Assembly (NCBI GenBank): GCA_018648225.1
Contig: JABGRQ010000077.1
Location: 1,066 to 65,065, forward strand
DNA length: 64,000 nt
DNA from: Chloroflexota bacterium
Lineage (GTDB): Bacteria > Chloroflexota > Anaerolineae > Anaerolineales > UBA11858
Direction of reading: 5' to 3'
Shown here one piece after another: positions 45,970 to 56,589 of the stretch. Each line of letters begins with the position of its first letter. The first letter of the stretch is position 1. The translations under genes were made by a program, and so were the position numbers. A model generated the notes under the pieces. That model saw only the letters and a list, made by a program, of their open reading frames with translations. It did not search any database and was not told the origin of the DNA.

Positions 45970-48132
45970 ATGATTTATCTCAACGGCTTGCTGATTGTTT
46001 TTCTCGTTGCGGGCGGCGGGTTGTTTTTTGCGCACGCAGTCCGTCGGCGCGATGGGTTTGCAGTCGCGCTATCAGCCGCATTGATGGTGCTTGGCCTGGC
46101 TGAGGTCTTTGAATTAACACTCAGCGTTAAATTTTTTCCCTTCGCACTGAAAAGTTGGTATTTTCTGTCAAAAATTGTGTTTTGGGGGCTAATGGGGATG
46201 GGGGCAGTACTGAAATTCAAGTTCAGAGCTTCGATAAAGAAGGTAGTTGCTGTTAGTACACTGTTAGGGTTGACAGCTGGTCTGGTTTTGCTGTTGCTTA
46301 CCCAGATTACCGCGGCGGTAGATTGGTTTGCCCCTGAGCAATCCGTCTTTGTGCAATATGTGGATTTGATGGCTCGCAACCGCCCCATGCGCTGGCTTAC
46401 AGATTTATTGATGCTCTATGGCGTTGTACTCCCTTTGGGTTTTGCGGGATACGCGTTGTTCAAGCGTCAAACGGGCAAGTACGCCTATGTTGTGGTGAGT
46501 TTGGGCAGTCTCCTGTTAGCTGGGCAGGAAATTCTCTATAATCGAATTGGTGAAGTGCTGGGAGATAGCTTCCATTTGTTGGGGGGTACGATCTTATTTT
46601 TGGCTGTTTGGTATTTATTTCAAGGGCTTGAGCCGATGCCAGCGCCGCGTTCAAAGTTCACTCAAATCTTGAGTTGGATTGCTGTAATTGCAATATTGGT
46701 TATTGGGGCGCGTATTCGCCTGAATGCGTATGGCAATATATGTGAGGCGCTGCTTACCAGCGATTCGGAGAAGTTCATCGCTCTTTCTGGTGAAAATGTA
46801 TTTTCATCCGATTTCTTTACCTCAAACCGGCCTGCCTTCATCACTTTGGTCTATAAACTGGGGGGAGTCAATCCAGAAATGCTTGTCCCAGAGTATAGCA
46901 AGCCTGAAAGGCTCATTCCCCGACTGGTCTACGCGGATTTGAATTGCCTTTCGGGCTTGCAAGCGGCACTGTCTATTCTTTCATGGAGTGTTCTGTCAGT
47001 TATTTTAGCCAGCAAATTACGCTCAAATTGGTTGAGAGTAGTTATCGCAGCACTTGTTCTGGGATTTGTCTTTGTGCCGCAACTGGCCGACTGGGATCGT
47101 GTGGTTCAGTCTGAATCGCTGTCTTTTTCCATGTGGGCGCTGACCTTTGCCTTGAGCATCGAATTTGTTGCGCGCATTGCGCGCGATAAAAAAAATATCC
47201 GCTGGTCCACCTGGCTTCTTTTTGTACTCTGGGGTATGACGCTGGTCAGTTGGGGATTCTCGCGTGATACGAATGTTTACATGATCCTTTTGATCGGCGT
47301 AAGTTGTACACTCGCGTTGGTTATTCCTGCAGCACGTAGAAGCACGTCGGTTCACCTGTTCTTGGTGGTTGCATTATTTTGTCTGGCAGTATTTGGGTTA
47401 CAAAATTCTCTTCTCTATCGAAGTGACCGCTGGATGAATTCATTTTTCAATAACCTGTATATGCGGATTCTTCCATATCCGGAGCGCGAAGCCTGGTTTA
47501 TCAAGCGCGGCCTGCCTACCCCGGAACCACTTTATAAGTATGCTAATTTACTGGGCGGGTCTTATGATTATGACCGGGCAGAGATTGCAGACCTGATTGT
47601 CTGGACGGCTGAAAATGGTTCGGGCCTGTACACACAATATTTGCTGACTCATCCTGGCTGGGCACTTTCCCATGCCTGGAAGGTAGCCCGCATTCCTTTT
47701 ATTGAAAATTTGCAGCCATATTCTAAACCCGATTATGAATTCGTTTCCCCCTATGTATATTCGATCGGTGATGTGCTCCACCCGAAAACCAGTGTAGTGG
47801 TCTGGGTGCAGTTGGCGATGCTGTTAGGCTGGGCCGGGCTGGTTGTTTTCAAGCCTTCCAACCAACATCAGCGTGGCATCCTGATTGTGTTTAGCCTGTT
47901 CTTTGTAGGGGAATTGGGGATGTTATTTGTTAGTATTCATGGCGACGCTTTAGGATTAATCCGCCATGCGCTTGTCTCAGTCATGCCATTGCGTTTAAAT
48001 CTCTGGTTGCTGGCAGTATGGTTGCTGGATACCAATCTGTACGGTGAAGTGTCGATTAATGACCCCCCCGCGGTTATTTTAGATCATATTCACGCCAATC
48101 CCCAGAGATTTCCGACCTCTGGCTCGAAATGA
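45970..48132 (+). CDS. Large polytopic membrane protein, unknown function
   Basis: 720-codon ORF with many hydrophobic helices. I recognised no family motif. The start codon is uncertain because there is no clear RBS. Confidence 0.55.
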   Translation: MIYLNGLLIVFLVAGGGLFFAHAVRRRDGFAVALSAALMVLGLAEVFELTLSVKFFPFALKSWYFLSKIVFWGLMGMGAVLKFKFRASIKKVVAVSTLLGLTAGLVLLLLTQITAAVDWFAPEQSVFVQYVDLMARNRPMRWLTDLLMLYGVVLPLGFAGYALFKRQTGKYAYVVVSLGSLLLAGQEILYNRIGEVLGDSFHLLGGTILFLAVWYLFQGLEPMPAPRSKFTQILSWIAVIAILVIGARIRLNAYGNICEALLTSDSEKFIALSGENVFSSDFFTSNRPAFITLVYKLGGVNPEMLVPEYSKPERLIPRLVYADLNCLSGLQAALSILSWSVLSVILASKLRSNWLRVVIAALVLGFVFVPQLADWDRVVQSESLSFSMWALTFALSIEFVARIARDKKNIRWSTWLLFVLWGMTLVSWGFSRDTNVYMILLIGVSCTLALVIPAARRSTSVHLFLVVALFCLAVFGLQNSLLYRSDRWMNSFFNNLYMRILPYPEREAWFIKRGLPTPEPLYKYANLLGGSYDYDRAEIADLIVWTAENGSGLYTQYLLTHPGWALSHAWKVARIPFIENLQPYSKPDYEFVSPYVYSIGDVLHPKTSVVVWVQLAMLLGWAGLVVFKPSNQHQRGILIVFSLFFVGELGMLFVSIHGDALGLIRHALVSVMPLRLNLWLLAVWLLDTNLYGEVSINDPPAVILDHIHANPQRFPTSGSK

Positions 48133-48166
48133 CAATCCAAAGCTTGTAGATCGTAAAGGAGAAAAA

Positions 48167-49387
48167 ATGCAAACACTCTGGGAGAAAAAGTTCTCAAATC
48201 AGGCGCAGCGAATGAAAAGTTCGGTTATTCGCGAAATCCTCAAACACTCCAGCGCGCCGAATGTAATTTCGTTTGCCGGTGGATTACCCGCCCCAGAAGT
48301 CTTCCCGCTAGAAGCGTTTAAAGAAGCCACCCAACTGATTTTTGAAGAAGCGGGCGCAGTATCTTTGCAGTATAGTATTACCGAGGGCTTTGTCCCCTTG
48401 CGCCAAATGATCGCCGACTATTCTGAGCAATTTGGCATTCAGGCCGACCTTGCTAATATTCAGATCACAACTGGTTCGCAGCAGGCGCTCGATTTTTTGG
48501 GACGTTTATTCATTAGCCCTGGCGATAAAATTGTGGTCGAATCGCCCACTTATTTGGGCGCGCTGCAAGCTTGGGATTCCTACGGGGTGGAGTATCTCAC
48601 CGTGCCAATGGATGAGCAAGGCATGCGTACCGATTTGCTTGAAGATGTGCTGAAACAAGATCCTAAATTTATCTATGTGGTGCCAAATTTCCAAAACCCC
48701 AGCGGTGTGACCATGTCGCTGGAGCGACGCCAACATCTCGTCGAGTTGGCCGACCGCTACGGCGTGCCGATTGTCGAAGATGATCCCTATGGTAAGTTGC
48801 GCTATCGAGGGGAGCCGATTTCCCCGGTGATGGTTGTAGATCGAAAATATCGCCGCATCACCGGTAAGGAATACACCGGCAATGTGATTTATCTGAGTAC
48901 GTTCTCCAAACTGTTGGCCCCAGGCATTCGCGTAGCTTGGATGATAGCCGATAAGCCGGTCATTGCCAAAATTGTGCAAGCCAAGCAAGCCGCCGATCTA
49001 CATACCTCCTCCATTAATCAGATGGTGGCCTATGAAGTGGCTCGGGATGGTTTTTTGGACGAATATAATAAGGTGATTCGTGAAACCTATGCGGAACGCC
49101 TGGATGTGATGCTGGCAGCCCTTGAGGAACATTTCCCGCCGGGGGTGAGCTGGACTCGGCCCGAAGGTGGTATGTTCCTTTGGGTGGTGCTACCCAAAGG
49201 GCTGGATGCTACTGAATTGCTGCCAAAGGCAGTTGAGTTACGGGTAGCCTTTGTTCCCGGAGGCCCCTTCCACCCCGATGGGGTCGGCGCAAATACCATG
49301 CGCCTGAACTTCTCTAATGCTTCCCCCGAAAATATTCATATCGGCATCGCCCGCCTTGGCAAGCTGCTTGAAGCTGAATTGGCATAA
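48167..49387 (+). CDS. PLP-dependent aminotransferase (class I/II, 2-aminoadipate/MocR-type fold)
   Basis: AAGGAG RBS. SVIREILK...ISFAGGLP, NFQNPSG and STFSKLLAPGIRV (PLP lysine). Confidence 0.85.
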   Translation: MQTLWEKKFSNQAQRMKSSVIREILKHSSAPNVISFAGGLPAPEVFPLEAFKEATQLIFEEAGAVSLQYSITEGFVPLRQMIADYSEQFGIQADLANIQITTGSQQALDFLGRLFISPGDKIVVESPTYLGALQAWDSYGVEYLTVPMDEQGMRTDLLEDVLKQDPKFIYVVPNFQNPSGVTMSLERRQHLVELADRYGVPIVEDDPYGKLRYRGEPISPVMVVDRKYRRITGKEYTGNVIYLSTFSKLLAPGIRVAWMIADKPVIAKIVQAKQAADLHTSSINQMVAYEVARDGFLDEYNKVIRETYAERLDVMLAALEEHFPPGVSWTRPEGGMFLWVVLPKGLDATELLPKAVELRVAFVPGGPFHPDGVGANTMRLNFSNASPENIHIGIARLGKLLEAELA

Positions 49388-49396
49388 TCTAAATTT

Positions 49397-49459
49397 AGAC
49401 CTCCGAGATTTTTTGCGTAGCACTTCGAGCCGGGCGAAGAAGCTAAATCTCGGAGGTCT
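49397..49459. repeat. AGACCTCCGAG-family hairpin, copy B (bidirectional terminator between convergent genes)
   Basis: AGACCTCCGAGATTT...AAATCTCGGAGGTCT followed by TTTTTT. The G-to-A change in the stem relative to copy A is matched by a C-to-T change in the partner arm. Confidence 0.8.
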
Positions 49460-49467
49460 TTTTTGTG

Positions 49468-49968
49468 TTAGGGGTTGATCACCAGCAACTCCACCTCGAA
49501 AATCAGCGTTGCATTAGGTGGAATCACCCCTCCAGCCCCGCGGGCGCCATAGCCTAACTCTGGGGGAATCACCAGCTTTCTTGTGCCGCCAACCTGCATC
49601 CCCGCAACCCCCTCATCCCATCCCTGAATCACCATGCCCGCGCCTAGCGGGAATTCAAAAGGCTCATTGCGGTCCACGGACGAATCAAATTTGGTGCCAT
49701 TTTCCAGCCATCCGGTGTAGTGAACCTGTACCTTATCGCCAGTTTGTGCCGCCGGGCCAGTGCCGGAGACAGTGTCTTCATATTGTAACCCCGATGTGGT
49801 TTGTGTCATATTTTCTCCTAGAGTAATTGTGGTTTGTGGCCTGCGTTTTTGGCTGCCATAAATGATGAGAATTGTTGAAATAATTAATATGGCAATCAGG
49901 ACAATGCGCTGAATGCGCAGTTTCTTTTCGCGTTGCACGCGGCGTTCTTTGAATTGTTGGCTGGTCAT
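49468..49968 (-). CDS. FKBP-type peptidyl-prolyl isomerase with N-terminal membrane anchor
   Basis: [21 protein letters not shown]...[18 protein letters not shown]...[17 protein letters not shown]. Confidence 0.85.
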   Translation of the reverse strand: MTSQQFKERRVQREKKLRIQRIVLIAILIISTILIIYGSQKRRPQTTITLGENMTQTTSGLQYEDTVSGTGPAAQTGDKVQVHYTGWLENGTKFDSSVDRNEPFEFPLGAGMVIQGWDEGVAGMQVGGTRKLVIPPELGYGARGAGGVIPPNATLIFEVELLVINP

Positions 49969-49971
49969 TCG

Positions 49972-51321
49972 TTAATCCTCCATATAGGTAACAAATTCAG
50001 CTTTGCAAAGGCCTTCCTGAATGGCTTGTTCTACAACAGCACGCGCCACAGCTTGATGAACATTTTTGTCCAGAGGATTGGGTACCAGTTCATCACCATT
50101 TGCCAGATCAGCAATCGTTTTTGCCGCGGCGAGATACATTTTCTGGCTAATATAGGGAACTTGGGCATCTACCGCGCCTCGCAGAATCCCAGGAAAACCC
50201 AGTACATTATTGACAGAAGTGCCATCGGCCGCGAAGGCCGCGCCTGCTGCAAGCGCGGCATCGGGGGCGATCTCGGGGCTGGGGTTGGAGAGCGCCAGAA
50301 TGATCTGCCCGGCGCGCACCATTTCCGGCTTAATCAGGCCCGGTGCGCCGGTTGTGGCAATCACAATATCGGCCTGCGCCATAATCTCTGCCAGGGTGGA
50401 TGGTTTTCCGCCCAACGCTTCCAGGCGGGTTAGCGCGTTGAGCGACAGGTCTGCTCCGAGCACAGGGCTGCCAGTATGACTCATCAGCATTTTGCAAGTT
50501 GCCAAACCGGCAGCTCCTAGCCCAATCTGGCCGACCACAGCCTGCTTGATATCCATATTGGATTGGCGGCAGGCGTTTGTCAGCGCGGCAATTGTCACCA
50601 CAGCGGTGCCATGTTGATCGTCGTGCATCACCGGGATGTTGAGCCGCGCTTGCAGTTGAGTTTCGATCTCGAAACAGCGCGGCGCGGAAATATCTTCGAG
50701 TTGGATGGCGGCAAAGGTGGGGGCGATATTGGCTATCGTATCTACAATTTCATCTGTATCTTTGGTATTGAGCAAGATGGGGACGCCTGATAGGCCAACC
50801 AAGGACTCCATCAGCATGGCTTTGCCCTCCATCACCGGCATCCCGGCCACGGGGCCAATATCACCCAGCCCCAGGATCGCCGTTCCATCGGTAACAATCG
50901 CCACCAGATGGCTGATCGCTGTGTAGGTGCGCGCCAGTTCGGAATCTTTGGCAATCTTCAGGCAGACTTCGGCCACACCGGGGGTGTAAACTCTCCGCAT
51001 GGTGTACAGATCGTCTATGGTGTAGCGGCTGCGGATGGCAATTTTCCCCTGCCGGTGGAGTTCCAGCACATCATCGCGTACTTCCAGAATACGTGTGCCG
51101 GGATTTTCTGCCATAATAGCTAAAATGCTCGCCAGTTGTTTTTCGTCATCTGCGTAAATTGTTATATCGCGCACAACGGCTCGCGAGCTTTCTTTAATCA
51201 GTTGAATTGCACCAACAACTCCACCCTCATCGGCGATGGCTGTTAGCAGGTTCGCCAGAGTGCCGCGAGTTTGAAGATTGCGACAACGCACTGTACGCAT
51301 AAGTTTATTTTCCCAGGTCAT
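49972..51321 (-). CDS. NAD(P)-dependent malic enzyme with N-terminal ACT-like domain
   Basis: YTPGVAEVC, GTAILGLGDIGP, EDISAPRCFEIE and GLGAAGLA Rossmann motifs. Confidence 0.85.
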   Translation of the reverse strand: MTWENKLMRTVRCRNLQTRGTLANLLTAIADEGGVVGAIQLIKESSRAVVRDITIYADDEKQLASILAIMAENPGTRILEVRDDVLELHRQGKIAIRSRYTIDDLYTMRRVYTPGVAEVCLKIAKDSELARTYTAISHLVAIVTDGTAILGLGDIGPVAGMPVMEGKAMLMESLVGLSGVPILLNTKDTDEIVDTIANIAPTFAAIQLEDISAPRCFEIETQLQARLNIPVMHDDQHGTAVVTIAALTNACRQSNMDIKQAVVGQIGLGAAGLATCKMLMSHTGSPVLGADLSLNALTRLEALGGKPSTLAEIMAQADIVIATTGAPGLIKPEMVRAGQIILALSNPSPEIAPDAALAAGAAFAADGTSVNNVLGFPGILRGAVDAQVPYISQKMYLAAAKTIADLANGDELVPNPLDKNVHQAVARAVVEQAIQEGLCKAEFVTYMED

Positions 51322-51344
51322 AGCAAATCCTTGTGTTGTTCGTG

Positions 51345-53057
51345 CTAACGTTTCCAGATTTTGAAATCTTTAAGAATGGACGAACCAATAAATTCTCGCA
51401 GCAGCGAGTTGTCCGGAATGAACTCGCTTTCGATGGGCAGGAACCATTCGAGCATGGTTAGCAGGCGTTTGGCTTCAATATGCTCCGGGGTTCCATATGG
51501 AACTTGCCGCAGAACGGGTTCAGCAAGGGGTTTTAGCGCTGCGAGTTCGTACACCATGGCTGAGTTGAACATGATATTGGCGTTGTTTTGATAGGGGAAG
51601 ATATTCCGTTTTTCGCCGCGACGGACAGATTCCCACCGGGCTATTGTATCCTGGGCAGAATATCCACGTTCGCGGGCATCGCGCACAATGCGCCGAATCA
51701 GGCGAGTATCCGTGGTGGAAACGCGATTGTGCCAGTCTAGGTTTAATTGTGTGAGCGCAGATGTGTAAATGCGGAAGGTGTGTTCCTGAGGCGTCTTGGG
51801 GATCAATTCTGGATTCAACCCGTGGATGCCCTCCAGGATGACGATTTGCCCGGGGTGAAGTTGAATCACCTCGCCGGGGCTGCTGACGCCGGTTTTGAAA
51901 TCGAAATGCGGCAATTGAACACTTTCTCCGGCGATGAGTTTTGCCAGTTCTTCGCCCAGGCGTTGCGTATTGACCGCCTTGATGGTTTCAAAATCAAATT
52001 CGCCATTCTCGTCGCGCGGCGTTAAATCGCGATCCACAAAATAATTATCCATTTCCAGCGGGAAAGGGGAAATACCGCGTGCGAGTAACTGGATACTAAG
52101 CCGTTTTGAGAATGTTGTTTTTCCCGATGATGAAGGTCCGGCAATCAGGATGACGCGTATTTGGTCAATTTGTTGCGCAATTAGGCTGGCAATCTCAGCG
52201 ATGCGTCCTTCGTGGAGCGCTTCGGCAACCAGAATTAATTCGCGGGTGCGATTTTCGAAGATTGCCTGATTCAAAGTGCCAACATTGTCGATATTGAGAC
52301 GTTGCAGCCAGTCGCCATATTGACGAAATGTATTCAGCAGTGTGCTGAAATCTGGCATGGGTAAAATTTCTGTAGGACGATGGCGGCGTGGAAAACGCAT
52401 TACAAAACCGTCGCCCATCGGCGCAATTTTGAACCATTTCAGATAGCCGCTGGAGGGTACCATATAGCCATGATGATAGTCGCGATGATCGTTTAGATTG
52501 TATAAGACCAGATAATCTTTTTTGCGATGTTTGAGCAATTGAACTTTATCGCGGTAGCCTTTTTTCTCAAAGTAGGCAATCGCATCACGGATGGGGACTC
52601 GCTCGCGAATAAAGGGAATATCTTGTTCGACAATTTCCCTCATGCGTGTTTCCAGATTGGCGAGGTGTTCTTCATCCAGCGTAGCGTTATTGAAGACCTG
52701 ACAAAAATAACCCCCCGAAGCGATTGAATGATCGATGGACAGGATAGCCCGTGGAAAAAGTTCGTGGAATGCTTTTTCGAGCACAAATGTCAGTGATCGA
52801 CGATAAAAACGCATACCATCAGGATCGTGCAGTGTGATCGGGCGAATCTTGGCATCGAAATCGAGTGGATATGTTAATTCGCGCAGTTGACCGTTGATAA
52901 CCGCGCCGACAATCGGTACCGTAAATTCGCCTTGAATCGCATCAAGAAATAAACCCGCAGTAGCACCGCGTGGACCCGATAACACACGTCCATCTGGTAG
53001 ATGCGCCTCGATAGTGCTGCTAGGCTCAACGAAATGAACATTTTCTTGAGATGTCAT
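51345..53057 (-). CDS. TGS-domain / uridine-kinase (PRK-family) fusion nucleoside kinase-like protein
   Basis: ATG at 53057 after GGAAGGA. P-loop IAGPSSSGKTTFSKRL. N-terminal TGS-like region. Confidence 0.7.
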   Translation of the reverse strand: MTSQENVHFVEPSSTIEAHLPDGRVLSGPRGATAGLFLDAIQGEFTVPIVGAVINGQLRELTYPLDFDAKIRPITLHDPDGMRFYRRSLTFVLEKAFHELFPRAILSIDHSIASGGYFCQVFNNATLDEEHLANLETRMREIVEQDIPFIRERVPIRDAIAYFEKKGYRDKVQLLKHRKKDYLVLYNLNDHRDYHHGYMVPSSGYLKWFKIAPMGDGFVMRFPRRHRPTEILPMPDFSTLLNTFRQYGDWLQRLNIDNVGTLNQAIFENRTRELILVAEALHEGRIAEIASLIAQQIDQIRVILIAGPSSSGKTTFSKRLSIQLLARGISPFPLEMDNYFVDRDLTPRDENGEFDFETIKAVNTQRLGEELAKLIAGESVQLPHFDFKTGVSSPGEVIQLHPGQIVILEGIHGLNPELIPKTPQEHTFRIYTSALTQLNLDWHNRVSTTDTRLIRRIVRDARERGYSAQDTIARWESVRRGEKRNIFPYQNNANIMFNSAMVYELAALKPLAEPVLRQVPYGTPEHIEAKRLLTMLEWFLPIESEFIPDNSLLREFIGSSILKDFKIWKR

Positions 53058-53106
53058 GCAAATTTCCTTCCATGATGGATTTTGGAGCAAGCAATTTTAC
53101 CACTGC

Positions 53107-53155
53107 AAAAAAGAGAAGGCATGGCAACATTGCGTTGCCATGCCTTCTCTTTTAT
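53107..53155 (-). terminator. Intrinsic terminator after gcvPB
   Basis: AGAGAAGGCATGGCAAC - loop - GTTGCCATGCCTTCTCT is a 17-bp stem. On the minus strand it is followed by TTTTTT. Confidence 0.8.
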
Positions 53156-53178
53156 AAATCTGTGGTTAGGGGTGGGGC

Positions 53179-54645
53179 TTATTCCATGTTTTCGGGCAGC
53201 CAACAACAGAGCACTAACTCGCGGGCGGCTTTCACTTCATCCAGTCGTCCAAAGGGCGTGTTATGGGGTGCCGTTTGTAACAACTCAGGATTTGTGCGTG
53301 CTTCATCGGCAATCTGAATCAGCACATCGGCGAAAGCATCCAGGGTTTCTTTGCTCTCGGTTTCGGTTGGCTCGATCATCAGGGCTTCGGGCACGATCAA
53401 CGGGAAGTAATTCGTGGGTGGGTGGAAACCGAAATCCATCAGCCGCTTGGAAATATCCAGCGCGTGAATGTCGGGCACATCGTCCCAGTGGCCTTCCATG
53501 ACGAATTCGTGCATACAGATGCGGTCATGTGGAATTGTATAGGTATCGCGCAAGCGCGCCTGCAAGTAGTTTGCGTTGAGTACGGCATGTTCCGAAGCCT
53601 CACGCAGGCCGCTGCCGCCGAGCATCATCATGTAGGTGAACGCCCGCACCATGATGCCAAAATGACCGTGGAAGGCTTTGACGCGCCCGATACTTTGCTC
53701 GGGGGTCACGAAGCCGTAAAACGGCGGCTCTTCATCCGAGCCTTCATCCAAAACAGCTGCAATTGGGCCGGGCAAGAAGGGGGCCAGTTCAGCCGTGACA
53801 CCTACGGGGCCGGAGCCAGGGCCGCCGCCGCCGTGGGGGGTGGCGAAGGTTTTGTGCAGATTGAAGTGTAAAACATCCACGCCGCAATCGGCAGGGCGCG
53901 AGATGCCCATCATTGCATTGAGATTGGCTCCATCGCCATAGACCAGGCCACCGGCCTCATGCACCATCTCACAAATCAGCTGGATATTCTCATCGAATAA
54001 CCCCAGTGTGTTGGGATTGGTGATCATGATACCAGCCAGCGTGTCGTCGCATTCAGCTTTGAGGGCTTCCAGGTCTACGTTGCCGCGCGCATCCGAGGGG
54101 ATTTGCACAACCTGCAAATCGCTCATGGCCGATGTGGCCGGGTTGGTGCCGTGGGCTGAATCGGGGATCAGCATTTTCTTGCGTTTGTGATCGCCGCGCG
54201 AACGATGGTAGGCATTAATAATTAGAACGCCGGTCAGTTCGCCGTGGGCGCCTGCCGCAGGTTGCAGCGTGATGCCAGCGAAGCCGCTGATCGCGCCGAG
54301 CCACTCTTGCAATTCGTACATCAGGCCGATAGCGCCTTGCACGGTTTCAATGGGTTGGAAGGGGTGAATCTGGGCGAAGCCGGGCATGCGGGCAGTGACT
54401 TCGTTGATTTTGGGATTGTATTTCATAGTACACGACCCCAGAGGGTAGAATCCGGTATCAACACCGTGATTCAACTGCGAGAGCCGCGTGTAGTGCCGCA
54501 CCACATCGATTTCGGCCATCTCGGGGAGGGGTAAATCCTCACGTAGCAGCGCATCCGAAATTGGCTTGACAGGAACATCGGCTTCAGGGAAGTAGGCTCC
54601 CTGCCGTCCGGGGGAAGAAAGGTCAAATACAGTCGGCTCAGGCAT
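53179..54645 (-). CDS. gcvPB: Glycine dehydrogenase (decarboxylating) subunit 2
   Basis: HFNLHKTFATPHGGGGPG (PLP lysine region). 8-nt overlap with gcvPA. Confidence 0.92.
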   Translation of the reverse strand: MPEPTVFDLSSPGRQGAYFPEADVPVKPISDALLREDLPLPEMAEIDVVRHYTRLSQLNHGVDTGFYPLGSCTMKYNPKINEVTARMPGFAQIHPFQPIETVQGAIGLMYELQEWLGAISGFAGITLQPAAGAHGELTGVLIINAYHRSRGDHKRKKMLIPDSAHGTNPATSAMSDLQVVQIPSDARGNVDLEALKAECDDTLAGIMITNPNTLGLFDENIQLICEMVHEAGGLVYGDGANLNAMMGISRPADCGVDVLHFNLHKTFATPHGGGGPGSGPVGVTAELAPFLPGPIAAVLDEGSDEEPPFYGFVTPEQSIGRVKAFHGHFGIMVRAFTYMMMLGGSGLREASEHAVLNANYLQARLRDTYTIPHDRICMHEFVMEGHWDDVPDIHALDISKRLMDFGFHPPTNYFPLIVPEALMIEPTETESKETLDAFADVLIQIADEARTNPELLQTAPHNTPFGRLDEVKAARELVLCCWLPENME

Positions 54646-55981
54646 TGGAAACCTCCTGGAGGGCGCTAACGAGCAGGTCTATCTCTTCGCGGGAATTCAT
54701 TTCGGTTACGGCGACGAGCAGGTGATTTTCCATGCCGTCGTAGGCGCTGCTGAGTTCAAAACCGCCCAGAATATCATAATCGAGCAAGTCGGCGTTGATT
54801 TCGACAGCCGATTTGGGGCAGCGCAAGGTGAACTCGTTGAAGAAGGGTTCGTCGAAGGCTAGTTCAAAGCCGGGCAATGCCGCGATTTGCTCAGCGGCGT
54901 AGTGGGCTTTGTGGTAGTTGAGTTCGGCTACCTGGCGCAGCCCGTTTTTCCCCAACAGGCTCAGGTAGATTGCCGCAGCCAGCGCCAGCAAACCCTGATT
55001 GGTGCAGATATTGGATGTAGCCCGTTCGCGGCGAATATGTTGTTCGCGGGTACTTAGTGTGAGCACGTAGCCGCGCTGACCGCGTGTATCGGTGGTTTCG
55101 CCCACAAGACGCCCAGCCATTTTGCGTACGTATTTGTCTTTCGTGGCGAAAATACCCAAATAGGGGCCGCCAAACGAAAGCGGGATGCCCAGGCTTTGGC
55201 CTTCGCCAGTGACGATGTCGGCGTCGAATTTGCCAGGGGGAGTGAGCAGGCCCAGCGCAAGTGGGTTGACGTGAATGGCAACCAGCGCGCCAGCTTCATG
55301 CGCTGCCTGGACGAGTTTCGTATAGTCGTAGATGCGGCCAAAGAAATCAGGGTATTGTACTGAGACCAGGGCGGTATCTTTATCGATGAGCGCCATCAAC
55401 GCTTCGGGGCCAGCCTCGGGAGGAGTATCTTCGCCAATAAGCTGGATATTCGCACCTTCCACATAGGTATGAACTGTTTCACGGTAGTGGGGGTGCAGCC
55501 CCGGGGAGAGTACGATCTTCGCGCGGCGCCCGCGGAAGTTGTGCCAGGCCATATTGACAGCTTCGGCCACGGCGGTTGCGCCATCATAATGCGAGGCGTT
55601 GGAAACATCCATGCCGGTCAGGGCTGCGATCATGCTCTGATATTCAAAAATGGCTTGTAAAGTGCCCTGGGAAATTTCTGGCTGGTAGGGTGTATAAGCC
55701 GTATAAAATTCACCGCGGCGTAGAATTGAATCAACCACGGATGGCGAATAGTGGTTATAGGCCCCAGCGCCCAAAAATGAAACTAATTCGGCGGTTGTTT
55801 CGTTGGCCTCAGCAATCTGTGTGAATTCGGCCAAAGCTTCCATTTCGGTGATGCCATCGGGCAACCCCATTGTAGGGAAGAGATCACAGGCGGGCAAATC
55901 TGTGAAGAGGTCTTCCATGCTTTTCACCCCAATTGTGCGCAGCATGGCTTCCCGGTCGGCATCGGTATGCGGTAAGAACAT
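54638..55981 (-). CDS. gcvPA: Glycine dehydrogenase (decarboxylating) subunit 1
   Basis: FLGAGAYNHY, YTPYQPEISQGTLQ and SNICTNQGL motifs. Confidence 0.92.
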   Translation of the reverse strand: MFLPHTDADREAMLRTIGVKSMEDLFTDLPACDLFPTMGLPDGITEMEALAEFTQIAEANETTAELVSFLGAGAYNHYSPSVVDSILRRGEFYTAYTPYQPEISQGTLQAIFEYQSMIAALTGMDVSNASHYDGATAVAEAVNMAWHNFRGRRAKIVLSPGLHPHYRETVHTYVEGANIQLIGEDTPPEAGPEALMALIDKDTALVSVQYPDFFGRIYDYTKLVQAAHEAGALVAIHVNPLALGLLTPPGKFDADIVTGEGQSLGIPLSFGGPYLGIFATKDKYVRKMAGRLVGETTDTRGQRGYVLTLSTREQHIRRERATSNICTNQGLLALAAAIYLSLLGKNGLRQVAELNYHKAHYAAEQIAALPGFELAFDEPFFNEFTLRCPKSAVEINADLLDYDILGGFELSSAYDGMENHLLVAVTEMNSREEIDLLVSALQEVSNA

Positions 55982-56067
55982 TGTTACTCCTTTGATCAGG
56001 CGATTAGGGATTAGGCGCTTTGGTAATTCGTAACCGGATGCCTAATTCCAGATACCTAATTACCAGT

Positions 56068-56451
56068 TTAGTGATCCCGTTCCATTGCGGCATAAGCATC
56101 CGCATCCATCAAGCCGTCAAGTTCAGCAGGATCGCTGAGTTTGATCTTGACCATCCAGGCTCCAAAAGCATCGCCATTGACCGATTCGGGGGCGTCGGGC
56201 AGGTCTTCATTGACAGCGATGATCTCGCCGCTCACGGGCAGATATACATCCGCAGCCGCTTTGACGGATTCAACCGTGGCACATGCATCGCCTTTGGCAA
56301 CCGTATCGCCTCCATCTACCAGATATTCGACGAAAACAATATCTGAGAGTTGGTCCTGGGCATAGTCGGTAATTCCAACTTCGCCAATATCACCGCTAAC
56401 ACGGATCCATTCGTCATTCTCTGTATATTTCAAATTTTTGGGGGCGTTCAT
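56068..56451 (-). CDS. gcvH: Glycine cleavage system H protein
   Basis: AAGGAG RBS before the ATG at 56451. YTENDEWIRV and the lipoyl-lysine motif VESVKAAADVY. The track start at 56556 is an extension into the leader. Confidence 0.92.
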   Translation of the reverse strand: MNAPKNLKYTENDEWIRVSGDIGEVGITDYAQDQLSDIVFVEYLVDGGDTVAKGDACATVESVKAAADVYLPVSGEIIAVNEDLPDAPESVNGDAFGAWMVKIKLSDPAELDGLMDADAYAAMERDH

Positions 56452-56554
56452 GAGAATCTCCTTATCAGAAAATTGATTTGTAAAAATTGACTGACATCTC
56501 CAGCGTTCATGCGCTGGAATGGCGAAAGAGCGAGTGGAAGACGCTATTTCGCAC

Positions 56555-56589
56555 AAAAAAAACGCACGCGTAAATACTCAGCGTGCGCT
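56555..56589 (-). terminator. Riboswitch expression-platform terminator
   Basis: On the minus strand: GCGCACGC-TGAGTATTTAC-GCGTGCG followed by U8, immediately 3' of aptamer 2. Confidence 0.75.
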
